Source of the DNA: Lingula anatina
Taxonomy: Eukaryota > Animalia > Brachiopoda
Direction: 5' to 3'
DNA: 64,000 bases
Assembly: GCA_051362555.1 (NCBI GenBank)
Contig: CM120641.1
Location: 37,640,401-37,704,400, forward strand
Part shown: piece by piece, positions 39,717-53,690 of the stretch
How positions within the stretch are numbered: the stretch's first letter is position 1
How the letters are laid out: each line of letters begins with the position of its first letter
The notes under the pieces: generated by a model
Told to the model about the DNA's origin: nothing
The model's input: the letters and a program-made list of their open reading frames with translations, nothing else
Database searches by the model: none
Made by a program: the position numbers and the translations under genes

Positions 39717-42700
39717 GAAAAAACACTTATATGCTGAAATGGTGATTATAGCTTATCAATATGTTTGTTTCTCTCACACTTGATAAAAATCTAACTAAAG
39801 TTTTTTGTTTGGTTTTAGAGAGAAATAAATAAGGTCCCGATAAACTTAGTTTATCTCACCTTTTACTGATTCTGTACCGTGCGGGTTCATATCTGTGTGT
39901 GGCCACGTTTCTTACAGTAGCACGTTTTAACTAGAAAATACATGTACATAACATTAAAATTAAAGAATTGAAACCAAGCCAAATATAACGCCCTGACGAG
40001 GTAACCATTGATGTGCCAGTAAAGATTATCAATTTCTTTCTTTATATGTAAGTTACTTACATTAGGTCCGGCCAATTTCTTGATGACGTCCATCTCATAT
40101 TCTGAGAGAAAATCGTGGTAGTATGTCAAAGTAGGGTTTAGGTACACTGTTTCTTGTTTAACTGGTCTCAGTAGCAGAGAGGGCTTGTTGTTATGGAAAT
40201 AACGGCAAGACAACTTGTGTCTGTAAGGGTTTTCCTAGAAATAATTAAAAGTTGGATAATTTTGTAATACGAATTTCGAACTCTTAAAACTAAAGCAGCA
40301 TTTAATGCAAGGCAAGCAACTTTTTAGCGGTAGTTTCCAAGCCCGCACAAAAAGCAAATTGCCCCACTGTCAACTCCAACATCACGATCTTATTTATCTT
40401 AGAGTTTCAATTAAACTGCCTTGAAACAAAACGAATCTTCAAACTGTTCACCCCACCGTAATTTTGTCTCCCCTGCAGATGGCCTCGTAGTCGAGATCTT
40501 CAGATTGAAGATCACCTGTTCTGGGATTGTTTAAAGGCGGAATATCTTCCAAGTCGCTCAGTTTATTAGCCAACTTGTCCTCTAGATACATCTTGTTTTG
40601 TATGCCTCTTGGATGGTTTGGGTCTTTGAAAGATACAATGAAGAGTGTTTCGCAATACAAAATAAAGAAAATAAGGCAAACAAATAAGTATTTAAATTGG
40701 ATAGGCCTATGTCTGACCAAAAATGACATATACAGTACTGTAGTTATCATCTGAGTAGTATACTAACTGCTTCTATTTCATTATACCTTGTTATTATAAA
40801 CAATCGTTAATTGAATCAAGTAAATTTTAATAATATTTTCAACTTGTAAATTGTGATATGGAGTGCATTTTATTATAATAAATCGTTCCAGAGAATTATT
40901 AGGTCAATGAGAGAAAACGTGTTGAAGATGTGAAATGACAGCGCACCTGCTGCTAATAGCTCCAGCGTGATATTGTACGCACGTTTTATGTTTCCTTGCT
41001 GAAAATATTAATTTTAGAAAAACAATGGTTACTTATGCCTCACCAACATGGCAGGAGAGTGATATAAAGTGCACCTTTTTAAAACGAATTTTATTTTGAC
41101 CTTGGTGTTTGTTTTATTATTACCAATCATTTTAAACACAAATGCACATCCTGCAGTTCATAAAAAAAGAAAAACGAACAGATATCTTTGGTCAATCCTA
41201 CCTGCACAAGTGTATAAACAAGGTGGTCTAATATGTCTACTTTGTCTGCAGTTTTGTTGTCTTCTCTCTGATACTCCTCTAAGGCTTGTAGCATCCAGGA
41301 CACCACGTGGTGCCACGCCCCTTCCAGGTACGCATGGCGCCCAATTAAGAAACAATCCTCGGCTGAAATAAGTTGAAGGGCCATGATTGTCATTTGAAGT
41401 TTACATAATCAGATATCTACAGCCATCATTTTTTTTTTTTTGGCGAAGCAGTAAAAAACGATACTAGGACTTGACAACAAAATGGTGAAGACCGTTTGCC
41501 AGTGATATCTAACGCTTCCTTCTATAAAACATTAAACAAATATACTTATATTCGTCATTGTGATATTAAGCGAACAAAGAAGAATAAGAAAGTAAGAGTG
41601 ACTCACAATAATGTTAATTTTTCGAAAGAGTTAAGTGTTTAAGTCTTATAATTCACAACTGAAAAAAGAACAAAAAAGAAAGAAAGAAAGAAATAATAAA
41701 AAACCTGGAGCCTGCAATATGATTCGTCTTTCTCAAAATTCCTGTCAATCATGTCCTTTTCTCAAATATTGGCTAACCTGACATTCTGTTTCCTCTCTTT
41801 TCGCCTATCCTCCCAGACGCGATGGCTGATGTTGGAATGTAATAAGTGTCCTGAAGTCTGAGCAAGGCCGCTATTGCACCCGTTAAATCATCCTCGTCTG
41901 GGAGACATTCCATTTCTGAACCTCGAATTCTCTGAGAAAATTCTGAATTTTGATAATTAAAAACAACCGCCTTAAAGAACGGCAACTGAATATTAAGTTA
42001 TTACGCCGCAGCCAGCAAAGTCTGTTATCTTACCAGTGGCTAATTCATTAATAAAGTGATTCTGATTCATTAATGCTTGAGACCAGTCATATCATGAGTT
42101 TTTTTCCTTTCTGATCCTACATACATGTACAAAATAAAAAAAAAACCGTTTAAGTAAAAATATACCCATCTTTAAATAGGCAGATATTAATGCGCGCTTG
42201 CTACAGAAAAATGATTGAATAATTTTTGTAAAAATAAACCGTGACTAGTAGCCCTTACCTGTGGTATTGGGTCCAGCCAGTTGATTTTCAACCTTTTGCC
42301 AATCAACGGTCAATTTTTTTAACAAAAGATAAGCATTGACTGGGTTGCCCAAATGTTCTTCATATTCATCTAGAGCTCCGTTGCTGTGTTCTTCAAATTC
42401 ATCTGCCAAGCTGACACATAAGAATATTGACAAAATTGTATCATTGTAAATACCTGTTCCTTTCGTGTTAGAAATAATTAGAAAAAAACATTAACGAAAT
42501 TTAATCCAACAAAGAATACTATTGTTGTGGATAACAAAAATGGGGTGAAGTAAGGTTATTCAAGCGGAATAATACATTTAGGAAAAGCCCATGGGAAATC
42601 ATGAAATGATCTAAGGTTGAGTTTGTGGAGATTATAGACCCTATATACCCCATTATAGTTTTACATCATACAGTTATAGGTGGCATTGCATTCTGCTTTG

Positions 42701-44908
42701 TGATACACACACGTAGTTGTCTCATTCAGTTGTATCTGTTAGCAAAATACAATAAAATTCCACTAGAAGCCACAGGCGTATGCACTTTGGTTTTAATATG
42801 TAAAATCGATTCTTATAAATAAATAAATAAATAAATATCTGTTATCCATTTAACAGTTGGGTACTGCTGATAAAGCCTAGCTGTCACCTCGTTTCTCCTG
42901 ATTAGAAAGTTTTTCTTTCAATATGTTTCTGTGTTATCAGAGGATCCGATTATAAGCGTTCTCTACTGTTAGTTCAAAGCATTAGACGGCAGTCGGTCCC
43001 TATGTAAGCAATTTTTAAGTGATTTAACTAAAATGTATATTTAACATTGTTATTTTTTAACCTATACACTCACAAAAATGATGGGATATTTCAAAGAGAG
43101 ACATCCTCATCTGCTCAATTTCACTAAAGCAGCTTTCACAGAACTACTGGCTAAGGAAGTTACCAAGTAACCGAAGTTGTACAATTCCCTTGAGTAATGC
43201 ATTTTAATTAGGTAGCGTTGCATACCGTGTAGGAAAACATAAAAATATTGAAAGGGACATGCAAATTTTTATCCCCGTCGCTGATGTGTTCGATTGCAAG
43301 TCAAGAGGTTCCGTCAAGCAGTTTTGAAGAACAAGATTAATACAAACTTAGAGATGCAATATACGCTTTGCAATATATGCTTTATTCAATTTTAGGGGTA
43401 TTTTTCAGTGAAATGCGATTGTTTTCTATTGGTATGTAAGTCAAATAGTACAGTGTCACCCTCTAGCGACATGCCATGAACACTTCTCGCTAACAGAGGT
43501 ATTCTGGCATATATCGCTCCGATGACAGTGTATTATCTGATACATAATGTCACCTGTATCTCAAAGAAGAGCTGCATGAATGTTGCATTTTCTCCTAGTT
43601 AAGCCATAATAAAATCGCGATTGATATTCTGTCGGAATATTCCATCACTCTCACCAAAAGTCCCTGGGTTCGTTTAAACGCAAGTCTATATCTCCTCCAC
43701 GCTATTAAAATTGCCATTACATCCTCGGAGTTAATATAATACTAGTAGCTATAGGTTTCCCTTTAAACCTCACAAGTGGAACTAATGACCTTATTATAGA
43801 GTTACAATGAAGTTTAAGGTGCTGACATATGATTAAAGTAGAAACCATAACCATTAACACACGTCATCATCCCATTTAGACAACTTTCTCTGGGTTCATT
43901 TTCATACACCGTTCCTCGCGGCTTCACTGACCTTTCACGTGAATTATATTCCTCATGTTGCTCGATCGTTGTGAAATTGAATAATTGTCAAACATTATAT
44001 AAATTTTTCTCAATACCAAATTAGCGAATCAAGTTCAAGTGTAATTAGGAAATAACATCTTTAAACACCAATTTTTACAATAACCTCAAGCATTTGGTGC
44101 ATGGTCTTATACTTTAAAAAGGCACAAGGACAAATTACTGAACGGAAATAAAGTACGCATTGTTATATAAAGCCATTATATAACATAAATATGTCATGTC
44201 TGAAACGTTAAAACCATGTTTAATGTAAAAAGGCATCGAAATTCGAGAACATAGTCATTGCCCATTATGGCACTAGAATGGCCATAAAAATCCAAAGAAC
44301 AATCTGGAAAACGCGTTTGGGCATAGCGTTTTAAATTATCTAGTGCGATTAAAAAACGCTTCATGGGGTATTTTTGCAGCAACGATTTGCTTCCTATGTT
44401 TCATATAACAGTGCAATATAACTTTAAATCATGATCTAAGGTCGCTGTAAAAGAATAGCTTGTTTTCTGTTGTAAAATATTTAAAATGGTCTGTGAAATC
44501 TGTTTTATGTTCTTTCTATGTATTGTTGAAAAAAACTTGCGTTCAAACATTTAATAGTAGGCCAACAATTACAAGCGCTTGACCATTAAAAGTGCATGAG
44601 TGAAACGTGGCCCAGACAATCGTGCAACAGTTGGCAAATATTAAATATCGTCACATAATCAATAAAACTATAAAGCAAGAAGGATACCACTGCATGTATA
44701 TAGTCTAGTATGTTTTTTTTTCTCCTTACCGACGAAGTTGTTGTAGCCTCCTCTCCTCTGTTTTGATGTGTTCCCTGAGCTCCTGGGCCACTCTTTGCTC
44801 GGCTATCAAAACCTTCTGCAAATCATTCATTGACGTGAACACCTCAGTTCCAGCAAGCCTAAATAGCTGCATAACCAGCCAGCAAAGTATACAAATGTCT
44901 ACATTCAT
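38013..44908 (-). CDS. P4HA: Prolyl 4-hydroxylase alpha subunit (P4HA-B), 14 coding exons, 524 aa: 44908-44730, 42410-42259, 41942-41778, 41362-41202, 40998-40947, 40623-40457, 40234-40061, 39930-39860, 39611-39512, 39312-39259, 39078-39016, 38675-38607, 38422-38326, 38083-38013
   Basis: Signal peptide + EVFTSM, GNPVNAY, ALLRLQDTY, YRISKSAW, VANYGLGGYYALHLD (HxD), GNRIATW, TKHAACPVLLGQKW, HERGQEF. Same intron positions and phases as P4HA-A; 1575 nt in frame. Confidence 0.93.
39665..39713. repeat. (CA)n microsatellite
   Basis: Directly visible. Confidence 0.9.
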
Positions 44909-47900
44909 TTTATTCCAGTGTATCCTAAATCGTCTACAAAATTTGGCCAGTCTTCTACTCGTAACCTTCGAGAAGCATATGTGATCTAAAACAAGCAGCC
45001 CGAAGCTTAAACTATTTCCTTTACTTCTAGAATCAGAAGATAAGTGCATTAACATGTGAGTTATGGTTTGACCTGACTCAAGACATTTTTGAACGCTGCG
45101 GTTAAGGCGGCATACCTAACAAACTATCGACGCGGATTATCACTTTAGAGTCGTGTGAGTGGCCATTTAAATTCAAATTCGCCTTAATTTTCATTTATGT
45201 TTAAGTCATGCCAGGTACGCACTGTTATGCTAGGAAGGCTTTAGTTTGTAAAAACTTGTAATCAAAATTATTGAGAAAAAAGTCCAAACATACACAGCAT
45301 CTAAATCGCCAAGACATCAATTTTATTCACAAAAAAAAAAAAAAAAAAAGATTTGTATGAATGCCATTGAGTCTTCACGTGTGCCTCTCTGTGCAGCCTA
45401 CATAATGTTGATCATGTAGTAGCATCTAGCCTACGTGACTTGCTGCACACGCGTAGAGACTTCATGGCTTCTAGGCATGGAATCGCATCAAAGTGGAATT
45501 GTTCTCGACTTCCATGTGGTTTGACCTAATACGACCGGACATTTATTTAACAATGTGCGTGCCATTCCCGTAGTTTTTCCAGACAGCCTTATTTAACATA
45601 CAATCAACTATTCATTAGAATACAGCGAAAAATGATATCATTCATTTAATGATCACTGTAGGCCAATTATTGCATGCATAGTCTTTCCGCCCATTTTATA
45701 GTGCATCATCTAAAATCGTCTATACTCGGAAACTCTTCTCATACATATTTTACGATTTCTCATTTCAGTCGCACTACCTCCGGTGTCATTGACAGTGGGA
45801 CGGACGAGTATAAGTCAGGCATTAATAGTTTATGGTTGGATTGAACTGATCGATTTGAATCTGAACCATCGACTGCATCACAAAACCAGATTATTGCCAG
45901 ATAGTAAAGACATTCTTCCTGATGAAACTTTTTTACGTTGTATTTTAATTCTCGTTTTTTTCAAAACTTATATTTTATTGCCCAAGTGCCCTTCTATGTA
46001 GCTACCATTTTTCATCTGCAGTCATTGCATTTGTTAAAATTGTTCCCAAAAGGCATTGCACTCCAACTAGTCTTTCTTGGTTTTTTAAAAAAATGCAAAA
46101 TTTTGCACTCAACCTTTTTCAAACTTGATGCAGAGCAATTTCACTTGCAGTTTTGAAATAAATACAGACATATTGGCAAAATGTATATATTTTTATTTAT
46201 TGTCACTGCAATATTCAGATTATATTCAAGTCCCCACTGGGGATAATCACATTCACCGATATTCTGTAATACTGCCAACCTCAGTAATAACATTTCAAAT
46301 CCCTTACTTGACTAATATAGCACCATATTTAAGATAAAAAAATCTGTATATGCAACCATTTTCTCCTCCAAATAAACAAACCATTTCTATGGATTAATTC
46401 AAAGAGCTCATTAAATTTTGAAAAAATGTTGCTTCTATTGAAACAACAAGCACCTATTCTAATGAACGATCTGACTACCATACTACTTCTACCAACCACT
46501 TCTGAAGTAACTACAGATATATTAAAACAGTAGTAAAACAGAATGTGGATTATACATTTGGTGTTGCTGAAGTGATAACTAAAAGGAAAGCTGTTGGTTG
46601 AAAACAGCTGTGCTTGATATGATTCAACTAACCAACCTTTAATGAAATTGCTTCATCATTTTACTTAAACACTTTACCTCCATAAATAATTTAACTTTTA
46701 TCATATATTGTCAATACCAAAAATATTATTCTGGTAACTTTTTTATATTTTGATTCTAGAACATATGAATCCTGAAAGGAACAATACATTGCACCTCATA
46801 AATACAACATATACAATCCACATTTGTCTCCATTGTCCCACCTCTTTTCTTACAAAGACTATATTACAACAATAATCTTCAAACTTGTAGTGATATTAAG
46901 AAGCATATAAAATGCTTCAGTTATATTTAAGCCTAGAAATTTGCGTTATATTGTTCTGCCACAAATTTCCAATTATGCTTAGCAGCTTGCTATTTCCTAT
47001 TGTAGTCAAGAACTAAAAGAAAGGTTATGATGAATTGAGAAATTACTAATGGTTACATTACTCCTTTAATAATGTTATAATATTTACTTTCAACAGAAGT
47101 CGATGCTTTTTTCTTTGCAATATAAAGCAATAAAAGAAATGCTATTTTTATGAACACTTCAAGTTGCACAAGACAGCAAAATAGTTACATGAGATTCAAA
47201 AATTGTTATTATGAAGCTTTTGATAGAAGTTTAATATTATCCAACATCTGTCATTCTAAAACAGAACAAATTGTTACAGAGAAAAACTAGGTGTTTCAGG
47301 ACTCAGTTTTCTCTTCTTTATGAGAATTACTGTAACAATCATGCTTTTTATTAGTAAGCAACTCCCTCATCAGTTATGTGCTGTTTAATGCAGTCAGAAC
47401 CCAATCTTTATACTTAAATGTGCAATTATTAACTATTTGAAATAACTACCAGTGGTTGAAAAACTTCAGGCTAAATGCTATTATTTACCTTTAAGGCTGA
47501 TTGTTAAAATGAACAACAAAAATACTTTGTTGATAGAAAATCAAAGCCCAGAGAAAAAGCTCTGTTATGTGAAAAAACACCACATTATTTGGTAAGCTTA
47601 AAGCAGCAGCATGAATGAGCATTTTCATCTTCCCAATATTAGATATTGTGAATGGTGTGACCTATTTAAATCAAAGCCAAAAATAGAATTTTTTGGTGTG
47701 TGAACTTGTGCTCCAAGGATTGTAAGCTGGCAGAGCAATATCACAGCTAATAAATTGTTCTTGTCAAGCTCATCATCAGCTCAGCCAAAGTTTATGTGAA
47801 CTTCAACAAAAAACATTTTGTTTCAGAGGCAGGAAGACCTTCAAAGGTAAGCATATCAGAAGGATTACCAATATACATGAAATATGTACAGTTTGGGGTT

Positions 47901-48023
47901 TTTCATGATGAAAAAAAAAACAAAATTTTCTCTAGCAGACACTACAAAGGAAGACAAAAAGAAAGCAGAAATGATTTCTGTAGAAGTTCACAGGTTCCTC
48001 AATAAACGGCTGTCATCTGATCT

Positions 48024-51000
48024 TCATTCATATGGGCTCAGGCCGCATGTTCTCACCAGTTCATTGCCTCGTTCATGAATCCATTTATTTGAAACTGAAA
48101 GAAAATATTTTACACTAATTATTTAAATCACAAAAAGGTTCTGAAATGTACATTTAACAAAATGCATCAATATACAAAAAATAACATGAAAAGAGCCCAG
48201 AACTCACACCATGTTGGCATGTGTATAGAATGGAATATCAACTTTCCAAGGGCATCATAATGACAAGTACATGGTTTTCTTGACATGTTATTCAAAACAG
48301 TAAGTGATGAACAATATGCTATAATACAACAGTTTTAACATATTTAAAAATATAGAAGAAATCTCACCCCATTTCTGTCCCACTAAAACTGGGCAAGCTG
48401 CATGTCTTGTCCTGAAGTCACCTTCTCCACTCCTGTATAGGTTGTGCCAAAACACAGCAGAACCCTGAACAAAGAACCCCACAAAGTGTTTTAACAAGTA
48501 TATAGCCACCTTAAGTTGAAAACATGTGTCTTAATGGATATGCCTCAGAATAATATTATGGGGACAAGAAAAGTAATTTGAATTAGATATTGGTAGTGAA
48601 CTTTAGGGGCTTCAAAAAAGATGCATTTTCAGTGCAACAATTCCATTTTAAATATTTATGCCCAATTCACAAACCAGCCGTCCGCACCTAATGACAGTAA
48701 AATGTTTATGGATACATCATGAATAATAAACCTACATGGGAAATGAAACTTGAAAGCTATAAAACTATTAGGCTACCTTTTTAGGAAAAACTTTGACCCC
48801 AATAGGAATAAACACTGTGGCACCTCCAGCAGTGACATCACTCATCTGAAATCCAATCAGTTTTAAGTAAGACAATTTCAAAAATTCAGATGTAAAAACT
48901 CCACATTATTGAATGAATACTATACATCTGATTTACTTATTATGAAGGACCTAAACCAAAAGTACACACTAAATGGAGCACACTTAACCAATTTGCTTAT
49001 TATTTTATGCTGCTTTTTTACAAAAAGAAAAAAAAATAATAATGAAAACAACATTGATAAAACAATTTGTCCTGAAATCTAACATCTACCTCCTCAGCTC
49101 TGGCTTAGTGATCAAATCATTAATGGCTCCATCTAAATAGAATGCTGTTTGCTTTCATCAAACGAGCTGCATACAGATGCATAATACAATGTCTACACAT
49201 CTGGTCTTTCATGTAGATTTTGCATAGATTGACAGCACTCCCCAATTATCTTTCAATTACAGTTAAATAAACTTCAAAGTAGATCCCCCACCTCATTTAA
49301 AAACACTGATACTTTATTTTTTTACCCTCTGTTTCAAAACAAACATTCTATCATAAACATTTCTCAGATTTTGTACCTTTACTAATCATTTGAAATGCAA
49401 TACTACATTTAACTTTTACCAAAATATGTTTTTTCTTCTTACATAAAGGTATTCCTCTAATTTAAAAAAATAAAAAGAATTTTTGAAAAAAATTACTTTG
49501 AATAAATAAAAAGAATTTTAGAAAACATTAATTTCATTTAAATCATCAAAAAATCAAATAAAAATAAGAAAACAACTCACGTAGTTCAACCATGTGGCAA
49601 TTCTATTGCCATGAATATAATCAAAGGCAGTCTCCTCCTGTTTCTAAATCAAAACATACACAATAATCCATTAAACCTCTCCAGACTGATCCAACACATG
49701 CACACAGCACACTGCCACCATGGGAGTGATGGTTCTTTTATCTGAGCACCAGTATAATATATACAATCATTTCAATAAATGATGAAAAAGTGAGCAATCT
49801 AACATTTCCATCATTCAAGAACAGATAGAAACCAGTACATACCCCATATACTAACTGCACAACTCTAAAGTATCTTACAATGCACTGCTGCTCAGATAAA
49901 AGATGCAGTAAGTAAAGGATGCAAACAACAAACAGACGGCTACTCTAAGCTAGGCTGGCTTGGTTGGGAATACAAGGCTACAGCCTGCAGCGCATTTTGT
50001 GATCCTTTCCAAAACACTATTCCCAACCAAGCCACTTACATAATTAAGCAGAGTAGCTATCCTGTTTCCTACTCTGGTATCAAAAGCACTAGATTCATCT
50101 TTCTGAAAACAAATGTGTTTTAAATTACTAAAAGCCATCAAGACATCTAGCCATTCCTTTTAGCTATTAAGAAGCCAATGGTTTTATTGCAACACTGATA
50201 TATTTCAATTTGATGTAGTAAAAGGTAAAACGTGCAACTAATTTTAAGTGGTACAGACATAATTAGACTTAAGTGTTTGTAAAAATTCATTTTTGCTTTT
50301 AAATTCTTTAAAACTTTCAACTAGAATTTCTCTCATTATAACACCAATATAACCAACATACTGTTACCTATGACATAATCCAGAATTTTGAATTATTTTT
50401 AAATAGATTATAAAAAACATGCTTACTCTTGCAAAGTCAAAGTGAGGCTCATAATGCCCACCTATCCCATAATTAGCCACCTGAAAGAAAAAGAACAAGG
50501 CAGCAAAGCTGTCAAATGTACAGACAAAGAACAGAAAATAAAGACGCAAATAAGTGAAAAATTAAATTTTCACAAAAAACTGTTAAATTGCCAGAAAAAT
50601 TTACCAAACAGACTGCGTTGCCTATTGAAGCTGTATGTTAGACCCATGTTTCTTTCCTGTAAGTTTGAGAACAGTAAGTGACATGATTTCCCTTAAATGG
50701 TCATCATAGGAGCAGTGCCCAAAATAGGGGTTTCTTCAAATTTTGATGCAACATTACATAATGTTTAACAGCATAATGACAATCAAATGTTATTAATAAA
50801 ATATAAGTAACATGGACATTCAGAAAATGTGACAAGCAAAAGTCTTCAAGATCATGGAACTTTAAAGTCACACCTTGAAAATGCCAATATGTGAAAAATT
50901 AAATTTTCACAAAAAACTGTTTAACTGCCAAAATAAATAAATAAATAAATAAAAATACCAAACAGACTGCATTGCCTACTGAAGCTGTATTTTAGTCCCA

Positions 51001-53624
51001 TGTTTCTCTCCTGTAAGTTTGAGAACAGTAAGTGACATGATTTTCCTTAAATGGTCTTCATGGAAGCAGTGCCCAAAATAGGGGTTTCTTCAAATTTTGA
51101 TGCAATATTACATAATGTTTAACAGCTTAATGACCATCAATTTTTAATTATAAAATATTTGTTTCACAGATATTCAGAAAATGTGACTAGCAAAGGTCTT
51201 CAGGCCCATGGAACTTCAAAGTCACGCCTTGAAAATGCCAAAATGTAAACAAGACAGCACTGTTCTGAAATGGGTTTATTTCCATTTTTAACACTTTTTT
51301 AACATAAAACAAAATAAACATTTTACTGCCATTTTATATGACCAACTAAGAAAATTGATGAGATGGGAAAAGTATCAATAGAACAGTGTTAAGTGTCCAA
51401 TTTCCTCCATTCTGAGATTCTGAACATAGTGGATGATTGAATCTGACAAACTGCAATGATATGAGTTTATTTCCATTTTTGACACTTTATTACATAATAC
51501 ATGATAACAAGTTTACCATGTTTTTTACATAATCAACTAACAATGTTGTAAAGATGCAGGAAATATCAAACAAACACTTTTAGGCATCTTATTAGTTAAA
51601 TAATGAGACTGTTAACATGCCTAATAATTGAATCTGAGGAAATGTGAAAAACAGTATAACTTCTAAAATAATGGCCTGATTATGCTGATTTTCGAACTCA
51701 ACCTGCGTTTTAGTAAGATTGACCACTCCTGTGAGTATGATTACAATTGGCCAATCCGTTTTTCTTATATTGTGTTATCAGTGTTGTATTTATATTGAAA
51801 ATAGTGAAAAAACAGCATAAAATCCCTAAAAACGGCCCAATCATGCTGATTTTCGAACTTGACCTGCGTATTATGAATATTCATCAGTTCTGTAAGTTTC
51901 AAGTCAAAAGGTAAAATGGTTTTCCACTTATCGTGTTATCGGTGCTGCATATATGCTGAAAAAAGTGAAAAAACAGCATAAATTCCCTAAAAGTGACCCG
52001 ATCATGCTGATTTTCGAACTTGACCTGCGTATTATGAATATTCATCAGTTCTGTAAGTTTCAAGTCAAAAGGTAAAATGGTTTTCCACTTATCATGTTAT
52101 CGGTAAAAGTGCACGGCGCCGACGGCGCCGACGGCGACGACAGACGCAGATGATGGCTATATGTACAGACACATCTGTGTCTGTACATAAAAATTGCATC
52201 TGATCAAAACACATCGTATTCAAAGGCAACTGGGAATTAACACTTTTGACTAAAAGACAAACAAATATCCGTTAAGATGAAAAGTTCATCAGAGAGCACC
52301 AGAGTGAACATGTCAAAATGGACATAATCTATTCTAATTTGTACCTAATGATAGTTGATCTAAGACCCCATTTCCAGAGATTAGATCGATCTACTTTAGA
52401 TCGACCTAACTCCCTGGGGGTTCACGCTAAATAGCTGTCAGCCGAGCGGACAAGAAAGTTAATTACCCCCTTGCAGCTTGTAGTAGGCTGGACGGACATT
52501 TAAGCCGGATGATCTGACAGTAATCTAGTGAGACTTCCCGCGGGGATAGATCGATCTAAAAGCTCTGGGAATACAGCCTAAAACTGCTAGGTAAAAGAAA
52601 AAGAAAAAAAAACATAGTGTAATGATTTGTTACTAATTACCTGAAGATCTTCAGCCATAGTCATGTCCAATTGGGTGACATCTTTTATTCTTTGGTTGAC
52701 TCTTTTAATGACAGCATCTTCATCTTCCTTCAGCCATGCACTAAAAAGTTCATTTTCATATAAATATTGGACACACCATTGGAGGATATTTAGCAGGAAT
52801 CTTTACTGGTTTGTCTTCTGTTGCATAAAGCAAATGTTACCTAGTTACTATGCAATTATAACAAATAAAGTAAAAAGAAATACATATTTTCAATAATTAA
52901 GAAATCAATATTTTTCATTTTAATTTGCATTCATTTCTTAATTTATGAATTGCTAAAAGCACCAATTTGAATACATATACAAACTAAACATGTATCAATA
53001 TCAGTGCCAAAGTGCCTTTGATATACATTTAATTCCCACCCCCAATCAAAAAGTATGTTAAAAAGATCATGTACAGAATTTCAGCACACACACACAAAAC
53101 AATTTCCCCATTATATTTAGGTCTTTGGTTGCCCTCAGCACTCCCAACACCATGGTGCTAACATCACACATTGAAAAAAAAACCAAATACAACATAACCT
53201 CTCATATTATTCTACTCTTTGCTCTATTTTCTTTTCTATCTGCCATCCAAAATATTATCGGCTTTATTTTCATTTAACTTTTTTTTTTTGCTTTTAATTA
53301 TATTTATTTCACTCTGGCAGCTTGATGTCCTCTTATCCATGGGGTCCTATGCATGTGTTTAGTCTGCTTAGAAATAAATAACAGCCTGAGCCCCAAACAA
53401 ACAAGTACTCTATCAGTATATGTTTATACATAAAACTTTTATCTTCACTAAGCTTGAACGAGGTGAACAATTCCATGTGTTCATTGTACTTTCCATTCCA
53501 TTTAAAAGTGAATTTTGACCAGGAATACAAGTCCTTGTACTTTCAAAATGTGCAAAATGTCTTTAGGATATAAACCAAGGCTATCAACAGGCAAAGGAGG
53601 AAGATTTAAGAAAACCCCCCCCCC

Positions 53625-53690
<66 letters not shown>

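Noticed and set aside
49090-49170. Possible third exon-11 copy (..KQTAFY..)
   Set aside because: Lacks the GNRIAT motif and compatible splice sites.
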